Virus record (IMG/VR): IMGVR_UViG_3300044807_000022
Location: 21,064-85,063 of that record
From: a virus
Strand: one strand, 5' to 3'
DNA length: 64,000 bases
Shown here: one piece after another, positions 19,863 to 29,777 of the stretch
Numbering within the stretch: the first letter of the stretch is position 1
Layout of the letters: each line of letters starts with the position of its first letter
Translations under genes and position numbers: made by a program
Notes under the pieces: model-generated
The model's input: only the letters and a program-made list of their open reading frames with translations
Databases searched by the model: none
What the model was told of the DNA's origin: nothing

Positions 19863-20918
19863 TTGGGACAGGGACAGCAGCGGGCACCATTGCCGGTCGG
19901 CTCGGCACGCGGACGTGAAGGGGCGCGCTGGTACAACCAGCGACCCACGTCCGAGGAGATAGCCGCCTGGTTCAAGGACAACGTGCCGATGCACGACGGC
20001 ATGGACCCGGCGCGCTACGTCGGCGGCCTGACGCTGATCCCCGGCAAGGAGTTCCCCGAGGAGCCGTTCACGCCCCAGGGCGGCGGCAACACCGTCCTGC
20101 GCAAGGTCATCAACCAGGTCCTCACGCCGTACTGCAAGGTCGAGACGCGGGTCCAATACTTCTGGGACCTGATGGCGAAGAAGCAGGCCGACTGGATCGG
20201 CATGATCGAGCCGGTCGAGCCGATGCACGACGGCGGCAACCGGACGCTGCCACCGGGCTTCTTCTACGCGAACTACAAGGTCGAGAGCAAGGACGTGACG
20301 TTCGTGTGCTGCACGATGCGCGTCCGGGTGATCGAGCGCGAGGGCGCACAGTGGGTGGACGTGCCCGAGCGCTGGGCCGGTGGCCGCAAGGTCGGCGGCG
20401 GACGCATCCTCCAGGGCATCCCCGTGATCGAGTCGCCGCCCGCGACCAAGATGATCCCGGTCCTGACGACCAGCGGCTACGGCAACAACACGACCGTCAC
20501 CGCCGACCCGCACATGCTGATGAAGGCCGAGACGGGGGCCACGGGCCGCGCGCTCGGACTCGCCGGGATGCTCGTCGTGCCGGGCACGGGGATCGCCACG
20601 GCCGAGGACATGCTGGAGGCCGCGTCTCAGGGCGCTCCTCCCGCGACAGACGGTGCGGCGGACGTTTCCCTGCCCGAGGTCGCCTCTGCCCCGCAGGAGG
20701 CCGCCAGCGGCTCTCAGGAGCCCGATACGCGGTCGGCGCTCGAAGTCCTGCAAGCCGAGGTCGAGGAGAAGGTCCAGCGGCTCCAGGAGGCCGACCCCGC
20801 GAAGCATGAGGAGTTCCAGCGCTGGGCGCGCGAGGATCGCGGCTTCAAGGACCTGGCCTCGCTCAACGAGAGCCAGCTACGCGGCGTCTCGCGCAAGCTG
20901 GATCGCGACCTCAAGTAG
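19863..20918 (+). CDS. Single-strand annealing/recombinase-like protein
   Basis: MKAETGATGRALGLAG resembles the Rad52/Sak-like SSAP motif; next to an exonuclease. Confidence 0.5.
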   Translation: MGQGQQRAPLPVGSARGREGARWYNQRPTSEEIAAWFKDNVPMHDGMDPARYVGGLTLIPGKEFPEEPFTPQGGGNTVLRKVINQVLTPYCKVETRVQYFWDLMAKKQADWIGMIEPVEPMHDGGNRTLPPGFFYANYKVESKDVTFVCCTMRVRVIEREGAQWVDVPERWAGGRKVGGGRILQGIPVIESPPATKMIPVLTTSGYGNNTTVTADPHMLMKAETGATGRALGLAGMLVVPGTGIATAEDMLEAASQGAPPATDGAADVSLPEVASAPQEAASGSQEPDTRSALEVLQAEVEEKVQRLQEADPAKHEEFQRWAREDRGFKDLASLNESQLRGVSRKLDRDLK

Positions 20919-20920
20919 CC

Positions 20921-21328
20921 GTGACCGAGAAGGCGTGGCAGGCTCAGGTGGTCGAGCTTGCCACGCTCTACGGCTGGCTCGTCTACCACACGTACGACAG
21001 CCGCCGCAGCAACCCCGGCTGGCCCGACCTGGTGCTCGTTCGCGCAAACACCGGGGAAATCGTCTACGCCGAGTTGAAGACCGACAAGGGGAAGACGACG
21101 CCCGCTCAGGACGTGTGGCTGGCCGCCCTGCGGGCGTGCGGGCAGGAGGCACACGTCTGGCGGCCCTGCGACTTCGACGCCGTTCACGAGCGGCTGAAGC
21201 GCCCCAGGGAAAGTCGAACTGCCGTCAGGGCTTCGTGCCCAAAGGAGAAGACCTCCTCAAAACGGGCCGAGGACTCCTTGGGCGAGGTCGAGCTTTGGCC
21301 CCGGCTGGGCGAGACGGGCCTGCTCTGA
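20921..21328 (+). CDS. VRR-NUC domain nuclease
   Basis: PGWPDL...YAELKT..GK.TPAQ..W. Confidence 0.8.
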   Translation: MTEKAWQAQVVELATLYGWLVYHTYDSRRSNPGWPDLVLVRANTGEIVYAELKTDKGKTTPAQDVWLAALRACGQEAHVWRPCDFDAVHERLKRPRESRTAVRASCPKEKTSSKRAEDSLGEVELWPRLGETGLL

Positions 21329-21492
21329 TTCCCCTGCCTGGGGTAACCCCTCGCAGAAACGGTCGGAAAGAGCAGGCACATGACGCCTCATCAGGTTTAG
21401 GGCGCTCGCGCCGTCTGCTACAACTGCCGCCGCGCAGGGCTGGCTACTGGACTCCGGGGAGGACAGAGGACGGGCCGCGACCGTGATTCGCG

Positions 21493-22758
21493 GTGCCGTC
21501 CTCCCCCGTCTCTAGCCTGGCGACTGCCAGAAAATCGAGACGGTCGTCGGGGGAACAGTTGAAGCTACCGGGCAACGCAATCGGCATCACGGACCTGCTG
21601 TCCTACCAGGACTGTCCGCGTCGATTCGCGTTCGGGATGCGGCGGCACGACAAGAGCCCCGTGGTCCACCCCGACACGGGCGTCGAGTTCATCATGGGCG
21701 ATGCGCCCGAGGCCGAGTCGCCCGCGACCGCGTACGGCTCGGCGGTCCACGATGCCATCGAGCTAGTGGACGACCTGCTGACCCCGCAGGAGGCCGTCGA
21801 GCGCGTCTTCCCCAAGTACGGGCCGTGGCTCGAACCGGCCGACCTGGACCGCCTGATCGAGGACCTGGCGATCTACAAGGGCCGCGACTACACGGGCGTC
21901 CGGATCGTCGCGCAGGAGGACGACATGCGCGTGCCGCTGTTCGTCCACGACGGCGAGCAAATCTACTTCCGCTTCAAGCTCGACAAGCTCTACCAGCGGC
22001 TAGACGACGACGCGTCGTTCATCCACATCGACTACAAGACCTCGAAGTGGTCGAAGTCGCAGGCCGAGGTTCACAACGACCTCCAGATGTGGGCCTACAA
22101 CTTTGGCATCCACGAACTGTTCCCCGAGTGCGAGCGCCTGCTTCAGACCTACGACCAGTTGCGGTTCGGTCAGGTGAACACGCGCAAGACGGAGAAGCAA
22201 CGCGCGCAGATGAAGCAGTGGCTCATCGCCGCCACGAAGGCCGTCCTGGAGGACCGGAGGCTACTGCCCAAGTTCAACCAGTGGTGCCCGTGGTGTGAGA
22301 TAGCGAACGACTGCCCGATCATCAGCCGCCTCTCGGACTACTCGCTCTCGAAGATCGCGATTATGGCCCCCGAGGAGCAGCAGGGCCGCAAGAAGGTCAT
22401 CACGCTCGACCCGGACCTGTTCACCACCTACGCCGAGGAGCTACCGCGCATCAGCCTCGCGCGCAAGACCCTGGAGAAGGTGGAGAAGGCCATCCGCGAT
22501 GCCATCAAGGACCTGCCCGAGGACAAGCGCAACGCGCTCGGCTTCACGGCGAACGAGCGCGGGGGTGGCACGAAGTTCGGGCCGGAAGAACTCCGCGCTG
22601 TTTACGAGCTATTAGGCGACGAGTTCTGGCACATAATCGGCCTGACGAAGGCACAATTGGAGTCGTACTTTGAGGACGACAAGGACACGATCAACGCTGT
22701 CCTGGAACTCGGAACGGAGACTGTCGGCGCAGCGGTGCTGAAGGAACTGGCCGCGTAG
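21493..22758 (+). CDS. PD-(D/E)XK exonuclease (RecB/Cas4-like, Fe-S cysteines)
   Basis: CPRRF, GSAVH, LDKL, DYKT, QMWAY, CPWC.....CP. Confidence 0.8.
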   Translation: MPSSPVSSLATARKSRRSSGEQLKLPGNAIGITDLLSYQDCPRRFAFGMRRHDKSPVVHPDTGVEFIMGDAPEAESPATAYGSAVHDAIELVDDLLTPQEAVERVFPKYGPWLEPADLDRLIEDLAIYKGRDYTGVRIVAQEDDMRVPLFVHDGEQIYFRFKLDKLYQRLDDDASFIHIDYKTSKWSKSQAEVHNDLQMWAYNFGIHELFPECERLLQTYDQLRFGQVNTRKTEKQRAQMKQWLIAATKAVLEDRRLLPKFNQWCPWCEIANDCPIISRLSDYSLSKIAIMAPEEQQGRKKVITLDPDLFTTYAEELPRISLARKTLEKVEKAIRDAIKDLPEDKRNALGFTANERGGGTKFGPEELRAVYELLGDEFWHIIGLTKAQLESYFEDDKDTINAVLELGTETVGAAVLKELAA

Positions 22759-22886
22759 AACTGGAGAAAGGAATGGTGCCCCGCGACTGCCTGCTTTGGC
22801 TGGCTGCGGTCGCGGGGCACCGGGGGTGAACTGGTGATCTGTAGCACATCTGCTGCGCGTTGGCAACTTCATAGCGGTGAACTGGC

Positions 22887-23612
22887 GTGAAGCGCCGCTT
22901 CGATCTGAACGATCAGGGCGACCTCGTTGACCGCCACGGCTACGCGCTCGACGTGCGTTCGCTGCTGTCTCACCCGGTCGTTTCGGTCACGCTCGACATG
23001 CCGTCTGCGGGGGGGCCTTTAGGGGGGGGAGGTACGTCTGGACCTTCAGAACAGCAAGAGCTTGAAACACCAACGAACCCACAGGATGGGGGTGTGGGGG
23101 AAGGTGAAACTGCCGACAAGGCTTCGCTCGTCTGGGCCACCTACGTCGAGGCGATGGAGCCACGCGACAAGGCGCTGCACCCCGCCGAACGCAAGCTCAT
23201 CAACGAGGCGCTGAAGGTCGCGACCGTCGCTGAGTGCCAGCGCTCGATCTGGGGCTGTCGTCGCTCGCCGTTCCACATGGGCGACAACGCCAAGCGGAGG
23301 AAGTACAACCGCCTGTCGCACATTCTCAAGGGCAAGCGAGGCGTCCGCACTCTGCGCGAGCAGATCGACTTCATGCTCGACCTTGCCGACAAGCACGGTG
23401 TCGGTGACCTGGACGCCACGGGCTCCGAGCAGACCGTCATCGACCCGGCGAAGCTGGAGCGCATGAAGCGTCAGGTCTTCCGGGCATTCGACATGGCGGA
23501 CTCGGCGCAGGCCGCCGAGCAGGCAGAGCGTGCCGAGCAGTGGCTCAACGAGCACGGCTGGCAGGTCATCAGAAATGGCAACGACCGTCCGAAGATCGAG
23601 AGGAAGGCATGA
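22887..23612 (+). CDS. Replication initiator-like protein (putative)
   Basis: Low-complexity linker followed by a helical DnaD/replisome-organiser-like domain; upstream of DnaB. Confidence 0.45.
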   Translation: MKRRFDLNDQGDLVDRHGYALDVRSLLSHPVVSVTLDMPSAGGPLGGGGTSGPSEQQELETPTNPQDGGVGEGETADKASLVWATYVEAMEPRDKALHPAERKLINEALKVATVAECQRSIWGCRRSPFHMGDNAKRRKYNRLSHILKGKRGVRTLREQIDFMLDLADKHGVGDLDATGSEQTVIDPAKLERMKRQVFRAFDMADSAQAAEQAERAEQWLNEHGWQVIRNGNDRPKIERKA

Positions 23613-23818
23613 GCATCGAACTGGCGCTCGCAGACGCGGCGCGCAACTGCAAGCGGGAGAGCGCGAAGGCGACGGTGACGCTGCGCTCGGGCGTGCAGAT
23701 CACCGGCAGCCTGGAGGCGCAGTCCGGCGCGGACCTCGGGACGCGCCTCCTCCACACAGACGGCGGCTGGGTAACCGTTCGGGTCGATGAGGTTGCAGCC
23801 GTGGAGTCGCACCGATGA
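23609..23818 (+). CDS. Small protein, possible Sm/Hfq-like fold
   Basis: Helix then ATVTLRSGVQITGSL...WVTVRVDEVAAVE. Confidence 0.4.
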   Translation: MSIELALADAARNCKRESAKATVTLRSGVQITGSLEAQSGADLGTRLLHTDGGWVTVRVDEVAAVESHR

Positions 23819-24021
23819 TCGGCCGAGGGCTCCTGCTGAAGCGGACCATGCGGCAGTACGCCGACGACGCGAAGCTGTTCCGAGCGGGCGTCGAGGGCTA
23901 CCTGGAGACCTGCGTCAGGCTCGATCTGCTGGCGACTCCGCGAGCGGCGCTGCGTGCTGGCAGGACGTACCTGCGCGCCGAGCGCCAGCGTGAGCGCCGG
24001 ATGGCGCAGGTGGACCGATGA
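23815..24021 (+). CDS. Hypothetical protein
   Basis: ATGA-coupled ORF. Confidence 0.5.
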   Translation: MIGRGLLLKRTMRQYADDAKLFRAGVEGYLETCVRLDLLATPRAALRAGRTYLRAERQRERRMAQVDR

Positions 24022-24632
24022 GCACGCGACCGCCGACCGACGACGAGCGCCTGAGTGGCGGGGTGATCCAGTCGCACATGCTGCCACCGCCACCGCCGCA
24101 CGACTGGCACGCGGCGATCATCGCCAGCGTCGTGAAGGCGTACGGGCGCTTCAGGCGGCCCGTCTACGTCGAGATAGGGGTTGACCGGGGGGCGACCATG
24201 CGGCACGTCTCTCAGCACGCCGCAGAGAGCCACGCGGTGGACGTGACGTTCGAGCACGTCAACGGTCCGCTGGGCGTGAACGTCAACCGCTGGGAGGAGC
24301 CGAGCGACGAGTTCTTCCGCCGCGTCGGTGACGGCCGCCTGCCCATCGCTCCGGACGTGGTGTTCGTGGACGGTGACCACGACGGCGATCAGGTGACCAA
24401 GGACCTCTGGAACGCGCTGTCGATCACCCATGAGGACGGCACGGTGATCTTGCACGACACGCACCCGATGGAGCCGCAGTACCTCCACTGGTGCTCGACG
24501 GCGTACGAGGCGCGCATGGCAGCCGAGGCGGACCCGAGCCTCACCACGTGGACGATCCCGCTGTTCCCTGGCCTGACGCTCGTCTCGAAGCTCACGCCGC
24601 CGTTCGTGGAGGCACGCGCTCATGCTGCGTAA
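24018..24632 (+). CDS. Class I SAM methyltransferase (Methyltransf_24-like)
   Basis: YVEIGVDRG, FVDGDH, ILHD. Confidence 0.8.
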   Translation: MSTRPPTDDERLSGGVIQSHMLPPPPPHDWHAAIIASVVKAYGRFRRPVYVEIGVDRGATMRHVSQHAAESHAVDVTFEHVNGPLGVNVNRWEEPSDEFFRRVGDGRLPIAPDVVFVDGDHDGDQVTKDLWNALSITHEDGTVILHDTHPMEPQYLHWCSTAYEARMAAEADPSLTTWTIPLFPGLTLVSKLTPPFVEARAHAA

Positions 24633-24710
24633 GCTCTGGGCGGCGTTCCTCTCCTGGGCCGAGGGTGCCGTCCAGGACTCGGAGGCGCGCATGCGCCACT
24701 CGGTGGACAA

Positions 24711-26093
24711 GTGAGCGACGGCCAGCTTCCGCACTCACAGGAGGCCGAGGCGTCGGTCGTTGGGCAGCTTCTCGCGCAGCCGAAAGTCGTGGCTGACGTT
24801 GTGGGAACCATGCTCGAACCGGCGCACTTCTACCTCGCGCCGTACCGGCTGATCTACGAGCGGATCGTGGAGTCGTACTACGCCGACGAGAGCATCGACG
24901 CGCTGGTCATCGCGGAGAGCGTCGGCAAGGAACTCGCCCGCATCACGGGCACCACAGAGGCCGAGGCCGTTCGCAAGGTGACGACGCTCGCGAAAGGCCA
25001 ACGGCAGTTAGCAGTTCGTCAGGCCAAGGACCACGCCGCTGTGGTGAAGAAGCACTCCGACTTCCGCGCCGTGATCGACCTGGCCCACACGGCACTGCGC
25101 GAGGTCGAGGCCGAGCAGCGCGACCCCGACGTGATCGCAGCGGACCTGAGTCAGGCGTACATGCGCATCGCCACCGACTCGATCCTCACCCATGAGATTC
25201 ACGACTTTGGCGACCTGGGGCGGCGCTTCACCCGCGACATGCAGATGCTCATGGCGGCACGCGCGCAGGGCATCGAACTCGGCGCGTATTTCGGCTACAG
25301 GTTCATAGACGAGTACACCCGTGGGCTCCAGCCGACCGAGCTACTGATAAGCGCAGGCGAGCCCGGCGCGGGCAAGAGCCTCTGCTGGTGGCGAGCGGCG
25401 CGCAACTTCGCTGAGCGCCAGATGCAGAAGCCCGAGGACATGCGTCTGGGCACGCTGGTCCTGTCGCTCGAAATGGGCGAGGGGCCGTCGAACGCGCGCC
25501 TGGCGCAGTCGCTCGCGGGCATCGACGGCGGGGCCATCCGTGAAGGCACGCTGTCGCAGCAGGAGCTTCAGCGGATCGTCAAAAGGTGGAAGGCCAATCA
25601 GGACATTCCGCTCTACTTCAACTTCACAAGCACGCTGAAGGCGAGCCAGATGCGTGCGCTGATCGTGGAGGCCATCCGGCGGCACAACATCGGCGTGGTC
25701 ATCATCGACCACTTCCGGTACTTCGACATGGACGACCGGCATCAGAACCCGGTGGTCGAGGACGAGGAGAAGGCCCGGTTCCTGAAGGAGGCCATCGCGA
25801 AGGACCTCAACATCGCCGTGGTCTGCCTAGCCCACACGCTCAAGAGCATCGAGACCGTGGACAAGCGCCCGAGGCTGTCGCACCTGCGCGGCTCCGGTCA
25901 GGTCGCGGCGCATGCCGACTTCGTGCAGTTCATCTACCGGCCCTACCCATACGCGACCCAGGAGCAGATCGACATGGGCGACGTGTCCATTGACGACGCC
26001 GAGAGCATCTGGGCGAAGAACCGGCACGGACTCGAAGACACGCATGAGTTCAAGCTGGACCTCGCCATCGCTGACATGCGAGACAAGCCGTGA
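24711..26093 (+). CDS. dnaB: Replicative DNA helicase DnaB
   Basis: PHSQEAEASVVG N-domain, Walker A GEPGAGKS, SLEM, IIDH, LRGSGQVAAHAD, AKNRHG. Confidence 0.92.
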   Translation: MSDGQLPHSQEAEASVVGQLLAQPKVVADVVGTMLEPAHFYLAPYRLIYERIVESYYADESIDALVIAESVGKELARITGTTEAEAVRKVTTLAKGQRQLAVRQAKDHAAVVKKHSDFRAVIDLAHTALREVEAEQRDPDVIAADLSQAYMRIATDSILTHEIHDFGDLGRRFTRDMQMLMAARAQGIELGAYFGYRFIDEYTRGLQPTELLISAGEPGAGKSLCWWRAARNFAERQMQKPEDMRLGTLVLSLEMGEGPSNARLAQSLAGIDGGAIREGTLSQQELQRIVKRWKANQDIPLYFNFTSTLKASQMRALIVEAIRRHNIGVVIIDHFRYFDMDDRHQNPVVEDEEKARFLKEAIAKDLNIAVVCLAHTLKSIETVDKRPRLSHLRGSGQVAAHADFVQFIYRPYPYATQEQIDMGDVSIDDAESIWAKNRHGLEDTHEFKLDLAIADMRDKP

Positions 26094-26416
26094 GGGCGCG
26101 CGTACCGGCCCCCCGGCAGTTGAAGCGCCCGCAGCGCCCGCTGCCGCGCCTCGTCGGCAAGAAGCCGCGCACCATCAAGCAGTGGGCGACGTTCGTGCCC
26201 CTGCGGAGACCGCGACGGCCGTCAGTACATCTGCTCGCCTTCGAGGAAGAAGTCGTCGCTCGCAAGGTGAGCCAACTCGTCACGTGGAAGCAGCGCCCGG
26301 TGACCGCGAAGGAGGTCATGGTGGCGAACCCCGGCCTGTTCCACCCCCACCGTCTGGAGCCGGTGATGCAGCGGGTCCGCCACGTCAACCGCTACACGGA
26401 GAGGGCCGCCGCATGA
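26090..26416 (+). CDS. Hypothetical basic protein
   Basis: Coupled ORF. Confidence 0.45.
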   Translation: MRARVPAPRQLKRPQRPLPRLVGKKPRTIKQWATFVPLRRPRRPSVHLLAFEEEVVARKVSQLVTWKQRPVTAKEVMVANPGLFHPHRLEPVMQRVRHVNRYTERAAA

Positions 26417-26652
26417 ACGGACCGCGCATGACACGCAACCAGCGGGCCATCCTGCCGCTGATCCCCACCGACAAGGACAAGGCCAAGGACACGCACACGC
26501 TGGCGCGTGAACTGACCGAGCAGGAGACGAGCGCCTTCAACTACGACGCGACGTACTCGATCCTGCGCCAGCTTCGCCTCGCAGGAGTAGTCGAGCGCAT
26601 CGGGCGTCCGGCTGCCTGGTACCGCATCGAACAACAAGGAGCCCCCTCGTGA
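26413..26652 (+). CDS. Small winged-helix DNA-binding protein (putative)
   Basis: THTLAREL...YSILRQLRLAGVVERIG. Confidence 0.5.
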   Translation: MNGPRMTRNQRAILPLIPTDKDKAKDTHTLARELTEQETSAFNYDATYSILRQLRLAGVVERIGRPAAWYRIEQQGAPS

Positions 26653-27146
26653 GCACCATCCAGAAGTTGCAACGGCCGTCAGAAGATGCCACGCAGGAGG
26701 AGCGGCGCTCGTACTTCACGGCACTCCGCAAGGCGCTGGACGACGCGGGCATCGGCTACGGCGAGGAGTTCGCCATCGTGCGCGTGGGCGAGACCATCGG
26801 CACCGGCCCGGCCGCCGATAGCCCGAGCGCGAATGGCCTGGGCGGGTTCGCTCGCGACTCGGCCACGTCACGCAAGGCGGCGCTCGACAACTACCCGCGC
26901 TCAGGCACGCAACGCGCCAAGGTCCTCCGCGCGATCACGGAGGCGGCACGCCTCGGCGGCGGGGTTACTCGCGACGAGTTGTGCCTGGCGCTCACCATGC
27001 CGCCGAACGTGCTCACGCCGCGTGTGAAGGAACTGATCGACGGCGGCTGGGCGAAGGAAGACCCCGACATGAAGCGCCGCACGCGCGCGGGCTCGGAGGC
27101 CGTCGTCGTGTTCGCGACCGACAAGGCGATGAACCATGGCACCTAG
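26649..27146 (+). CDS. Winged-helix protein
   Basis: GVTRDELCLAL...LTPRVKELIDGGW...RRTRAG. Confidence 0.6.
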   Translation: MSTIQKLQRPSEDATQEERRSYFTALRKALDDAGIGYGEEFAIVRVGETIGTGPAADSPSANGLGGFARDSATSRKAALDNYPRSGTQRAKVLRAITEAARLGGGVTRDELCLALTMPPNVLTPRVKELIDGGWAKEDPDMKRRTRAGSEAVVVFATDKAMNHGT

Positions 27147-27471
27147 ACGCAAGGGCAAGCAGGAGAAGCTGGCGTCGGCGCTGACCATCGGCGGCCGAAT
27201 CTCCGACTACCGTCAGAAGAAGGGCCTGAGCTACGACGACCTCATCGAGGCGTGCAAGGGCGTCTGGCGCGACCCGTGGCGACGGCCGGTCACGAAGTCC
27301 TACCTCCAGAAGTTGGAGAAGGGCAAGGTGCGCGATCTGTCGGCGCACACGGACAACACGCTCGGCAAGGACGGCGAAGTGATCGAAGTCGTGGGCGGCT
27401 TCCCTGCCGTCGCCGCGCGTCTCTGCAAGGCGTTCGGCTGCACACCCCTGGACCTACTGGAGGAGCGCTGA
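27136..27471 (+). CDS. XRE-family HTH regulator
   Basis: IGGRISDYRQKKGLS...KSYLQKLEKGK...LCKAFGCTPLDLL. Confidence 0.7.
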   Translation: MAPRRKGKQEKLASALTIGGRISDYRQKKGLSYDDLIEACKGVWRDPWRRPVTKSYLQKLEKGKVRDLSAHTDNTLGKDGEVIEVVGGFPAVAARLCKAFGCTPLDLLEER

Positions 27472-28286
27472 TGGTCAGCGGAGACGTGATCGGTGGAGTG
27501 ATCGACAACGGCGAGTACGCGGCGCTCGACGCGTTCGCTGATTCGTGGCGCAGGACGCAGGGCTCCTCCACGGTGCCGCCGATGGTCTGGGACGTGGGAG
27601 CGAACGTGGGCGACTACTCGCTCGCCGTGCTGCGCCGCTTGCCGAGCGCGCACATCATCGCGTTCGAGCCGCAGTCCGGGGCCTACGGCACGCTCGCGAG
27701 AACGTTCGCTGAGGCGCGCAACGTGCGCTGCAACAACGTCGGACTGTCGTCGCACGATCACCCCGGCCTGCTCTACAAGACAACCCACCCGGCGTGCTAC
27801 CTCGCCTCCACGGTGGCGCAGTCGGGGGAGCGCCTGGGCGTGAGCATCGACACGACCGAGGAGGCGCAGTTCTTCGCGGGCGAGCACATGATGGGCCTGG
27901 AGCAGATCGACTACATCGACTGGCTCAAGATCGACACCGAGGGCCATGAGCTTGAAGTGCTCAGGGGCTTTGGCGACAAGCTCGTCCACGACGTGAAGGT
28001 GGTCCAGTTCGAGTACAACCTGGCCGCCGTCGAGCGGGGCGTGCGCTTCCTGGACCTGTGGAACATGGTCTGCCCGATGTTCGAGGTCTACCGGCTGGAC
28101 GAGGACGGCACCGTCACCTACCTGCCCGAGTACGACGCGGCGCAGGAGGGCGACGAGGGTGGTTCGCAGCGCAACTACCTGGGCGTCCACATCGAGTGCG
28201 AGTGGTTCGCCTTCGAGAAGGACCGTCCGGTCGGAACGGCAGACTGTCGTCCGGAGTTCGAGCGAGACACTGGAGAAGCGGCATGA
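27471..28286 (+). CDS. FkbM-family methyltransferase
   Basis: WDVGANVG, AFEP, LKIDTEGHELEVLRG, QFEY. Confidence 0.88.
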   Translation: MVSGDVIGGVIDNGEYAALDAFADSWRRTQGSSTVPPMVWDVGANVGDYSLAVLRRLPSAHIIAFEPQSGAYGTLARTFAEARNVRCNNVGLSSHDHPGLLYKTTHPACYLASTVAQSGERLGVSIDTTEEAQFFAGEHMMGLEQIDYIDWLKIDTEGHELEVLRGFGDKLVHDVKVVQFEYNLAAVERGVRFLDLWNMVCPMFEVYRLDEDGTVTYLPEYDAAQEGDEGGSQRNYLGVHIECEWFAFEKDRPVGTADCRPEFERDTGEAA

Positions 28287-28416
28287 CGATCATCTGGTTC
28301 GGTCGGTGGTGGTGGGCGCGGCTCGGCCCGTTCACGTTCCATCGGCACTACACGCCCTTCAGGATCAAGGGCCAGCGCCGCTGGACGCCGTTCGTCACGA
28401 TCAGGTGGGCCGGGCC

Positions 28417-29220
28417 GTGAGGTACCTGTCCGTCGCGGCGATCTTCAAGAACGAAGCGCCCTACCTGCGCGAGTGGATCGAGTTCCACCGCATGGTCGGG
28501 GTCGAGCACTTCTACCTGTACGACAACGGGTCCACGGACAACCCCGTGCTGGAGCTTCGCGAGTACATCATGGAGAACGTCGTCACGCTGCGCCCGTGGC
28601 CGGGCAAGGTCGCGCAGAAGTCCGCCTACGAGGCGGCGCTGTCGCAAAGTCGTGACGCCAGTCGGTGGCTCGCGTTCATCGACCTGGACGAGTACCTGTG
28701 GAGCCCGGTCGAGGTACACCCGTTCGGGTGGATGCCGCTCCCGGAGGTCCTGGCGAGCTACGAAGATCACCCGGCGGTCGTCGCCAACTGGTGCGTGTTC
28801 GGCCCGAGCGGGAACGAGACCAAGCCCGAGGACCTGGTGATCGACGCCTACTGCGGTCGAGTGCCGGACGACGACCCGATCAACACCCACGTCAAGAGCA
28901 TCGTCAACCCCCGTGAGGTCCTGGGCTACACGGACCCGCACTCGTTCACCTACTCGCGCGGCGTGGCGGTGAACGAGGAGCACTACCCGGTGATGGGGCC
29001 GCTGACCGACTACGTGTCGTTCGACGTGCTGCGGGTGAACCACTACTTCACGAAGTCGCGCGAGGAGGCCGAGGCCAAGTGGGGCAGGGGTCGCGCCGAT
29101 ACGGGCACGACGCGCGACTGGTCCGAGTTCGAGGCGCTGGCCGCTACCGCCACGGTGCGCGACCTTGACCTGTCGAACGCGTGGGGGGAGCCGCTACGCG
29201 AGAGGCTGGGCCGGACGTGA
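28417..29220 (+). CDS. Glycosyltransferase (GT92/GT2-like)
   Basis: IFKNEAPYLREWIEFH..VGVEHFYLYDNGSTD, IDLDEY, NHYFTKS. Confidence 0.85.
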   Translation: MRYLSVAAIFKNEAPYLREWIEFHRMVGVEHFYLYDNGSTDNPVLELREYIMENVVTLRPWPGKVAQKSAYEAALSQSRDASRWLAFIDLDEYLWSPVEVHPFGWMPLPEVLASYEDHPAVVANWCVFGPSGNETKPEDLVIDAYCGRVPDDDPINTHVKSIVNPREVLGYTDPHSFTYSRGVAVNEEHYPVMGPLTDYVSFDVLRVNHYFTKSREEAEAKWGRGRADTGTTRDWSEFEALAATATVRDLDLSNAWGEPLRERLGRT

Positions 29221-29356
29221 GCACCACGCCGACACCCCCGCCCCCGCCTACGCCGCCGTACGACCTGTGGCTCCAGTATCAGGCCACCGCCATCGACCAC
29301 TGCCTGAAGCTCGGCGGGGTGGTCATCGACCCGTCACCGAAAGCGGGGTTCGCGAA

Positions 29357-29629
29357 GTGAGTTCCGAGGCGAAGAACCTGGCGGTCATCACGGCCGCCGT
29401 CAGGCAGCACAACGCGACGTGCGCGTATCCCGCAACTGCCGTCAGGATGAACCCCTTCGAGGTCGAGCGCCTGGGCTGGGACGAGATTCTGGGCGTGCCC
29501 ATCGAGCCTGACCCGAGCATGGGCAGCGCGCAGTTCCGGATCGACTGCGGCAAGCCGACCGGCGCTCCCTCCGAGGAGGAGGAGGCCACGGTCGCCAACC
29601 CGATCCGTGCGGAGCCGGTGTTCGCATGA
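29357..29629 (+). CDS. Hypothetical protein
   Basis: Coupled ORF with typical codon usage. Confidence 0.5.
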   Translation: MSSEAKNLAVITAAVRQHNATCAYPATAVRMNPFEVERLGWDEILGVPIEPDPSMGSAQFRIDCGKPTGAPSEEEEATVANPIRAEPVFA

Positions 29630-29777
29630 GGCTCGACAGGGTGGCCGCACTGGCGCACATCGCCTACTCGCACATCTACGGGCGCATCCCCGTGGCGGGC
29701 AAGCGCGAACAGACGAGGCTCAACGCGGCGCTCGCGGTGTGGCGCGCGCGTGAGCGGCGGCGGGGCAGGCAACCGGC

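Noticed and set aside
21493-22758. Cas4 as part of a CRISPR system
   Set aside because: No array or other cas genes; context is a phage recombination module
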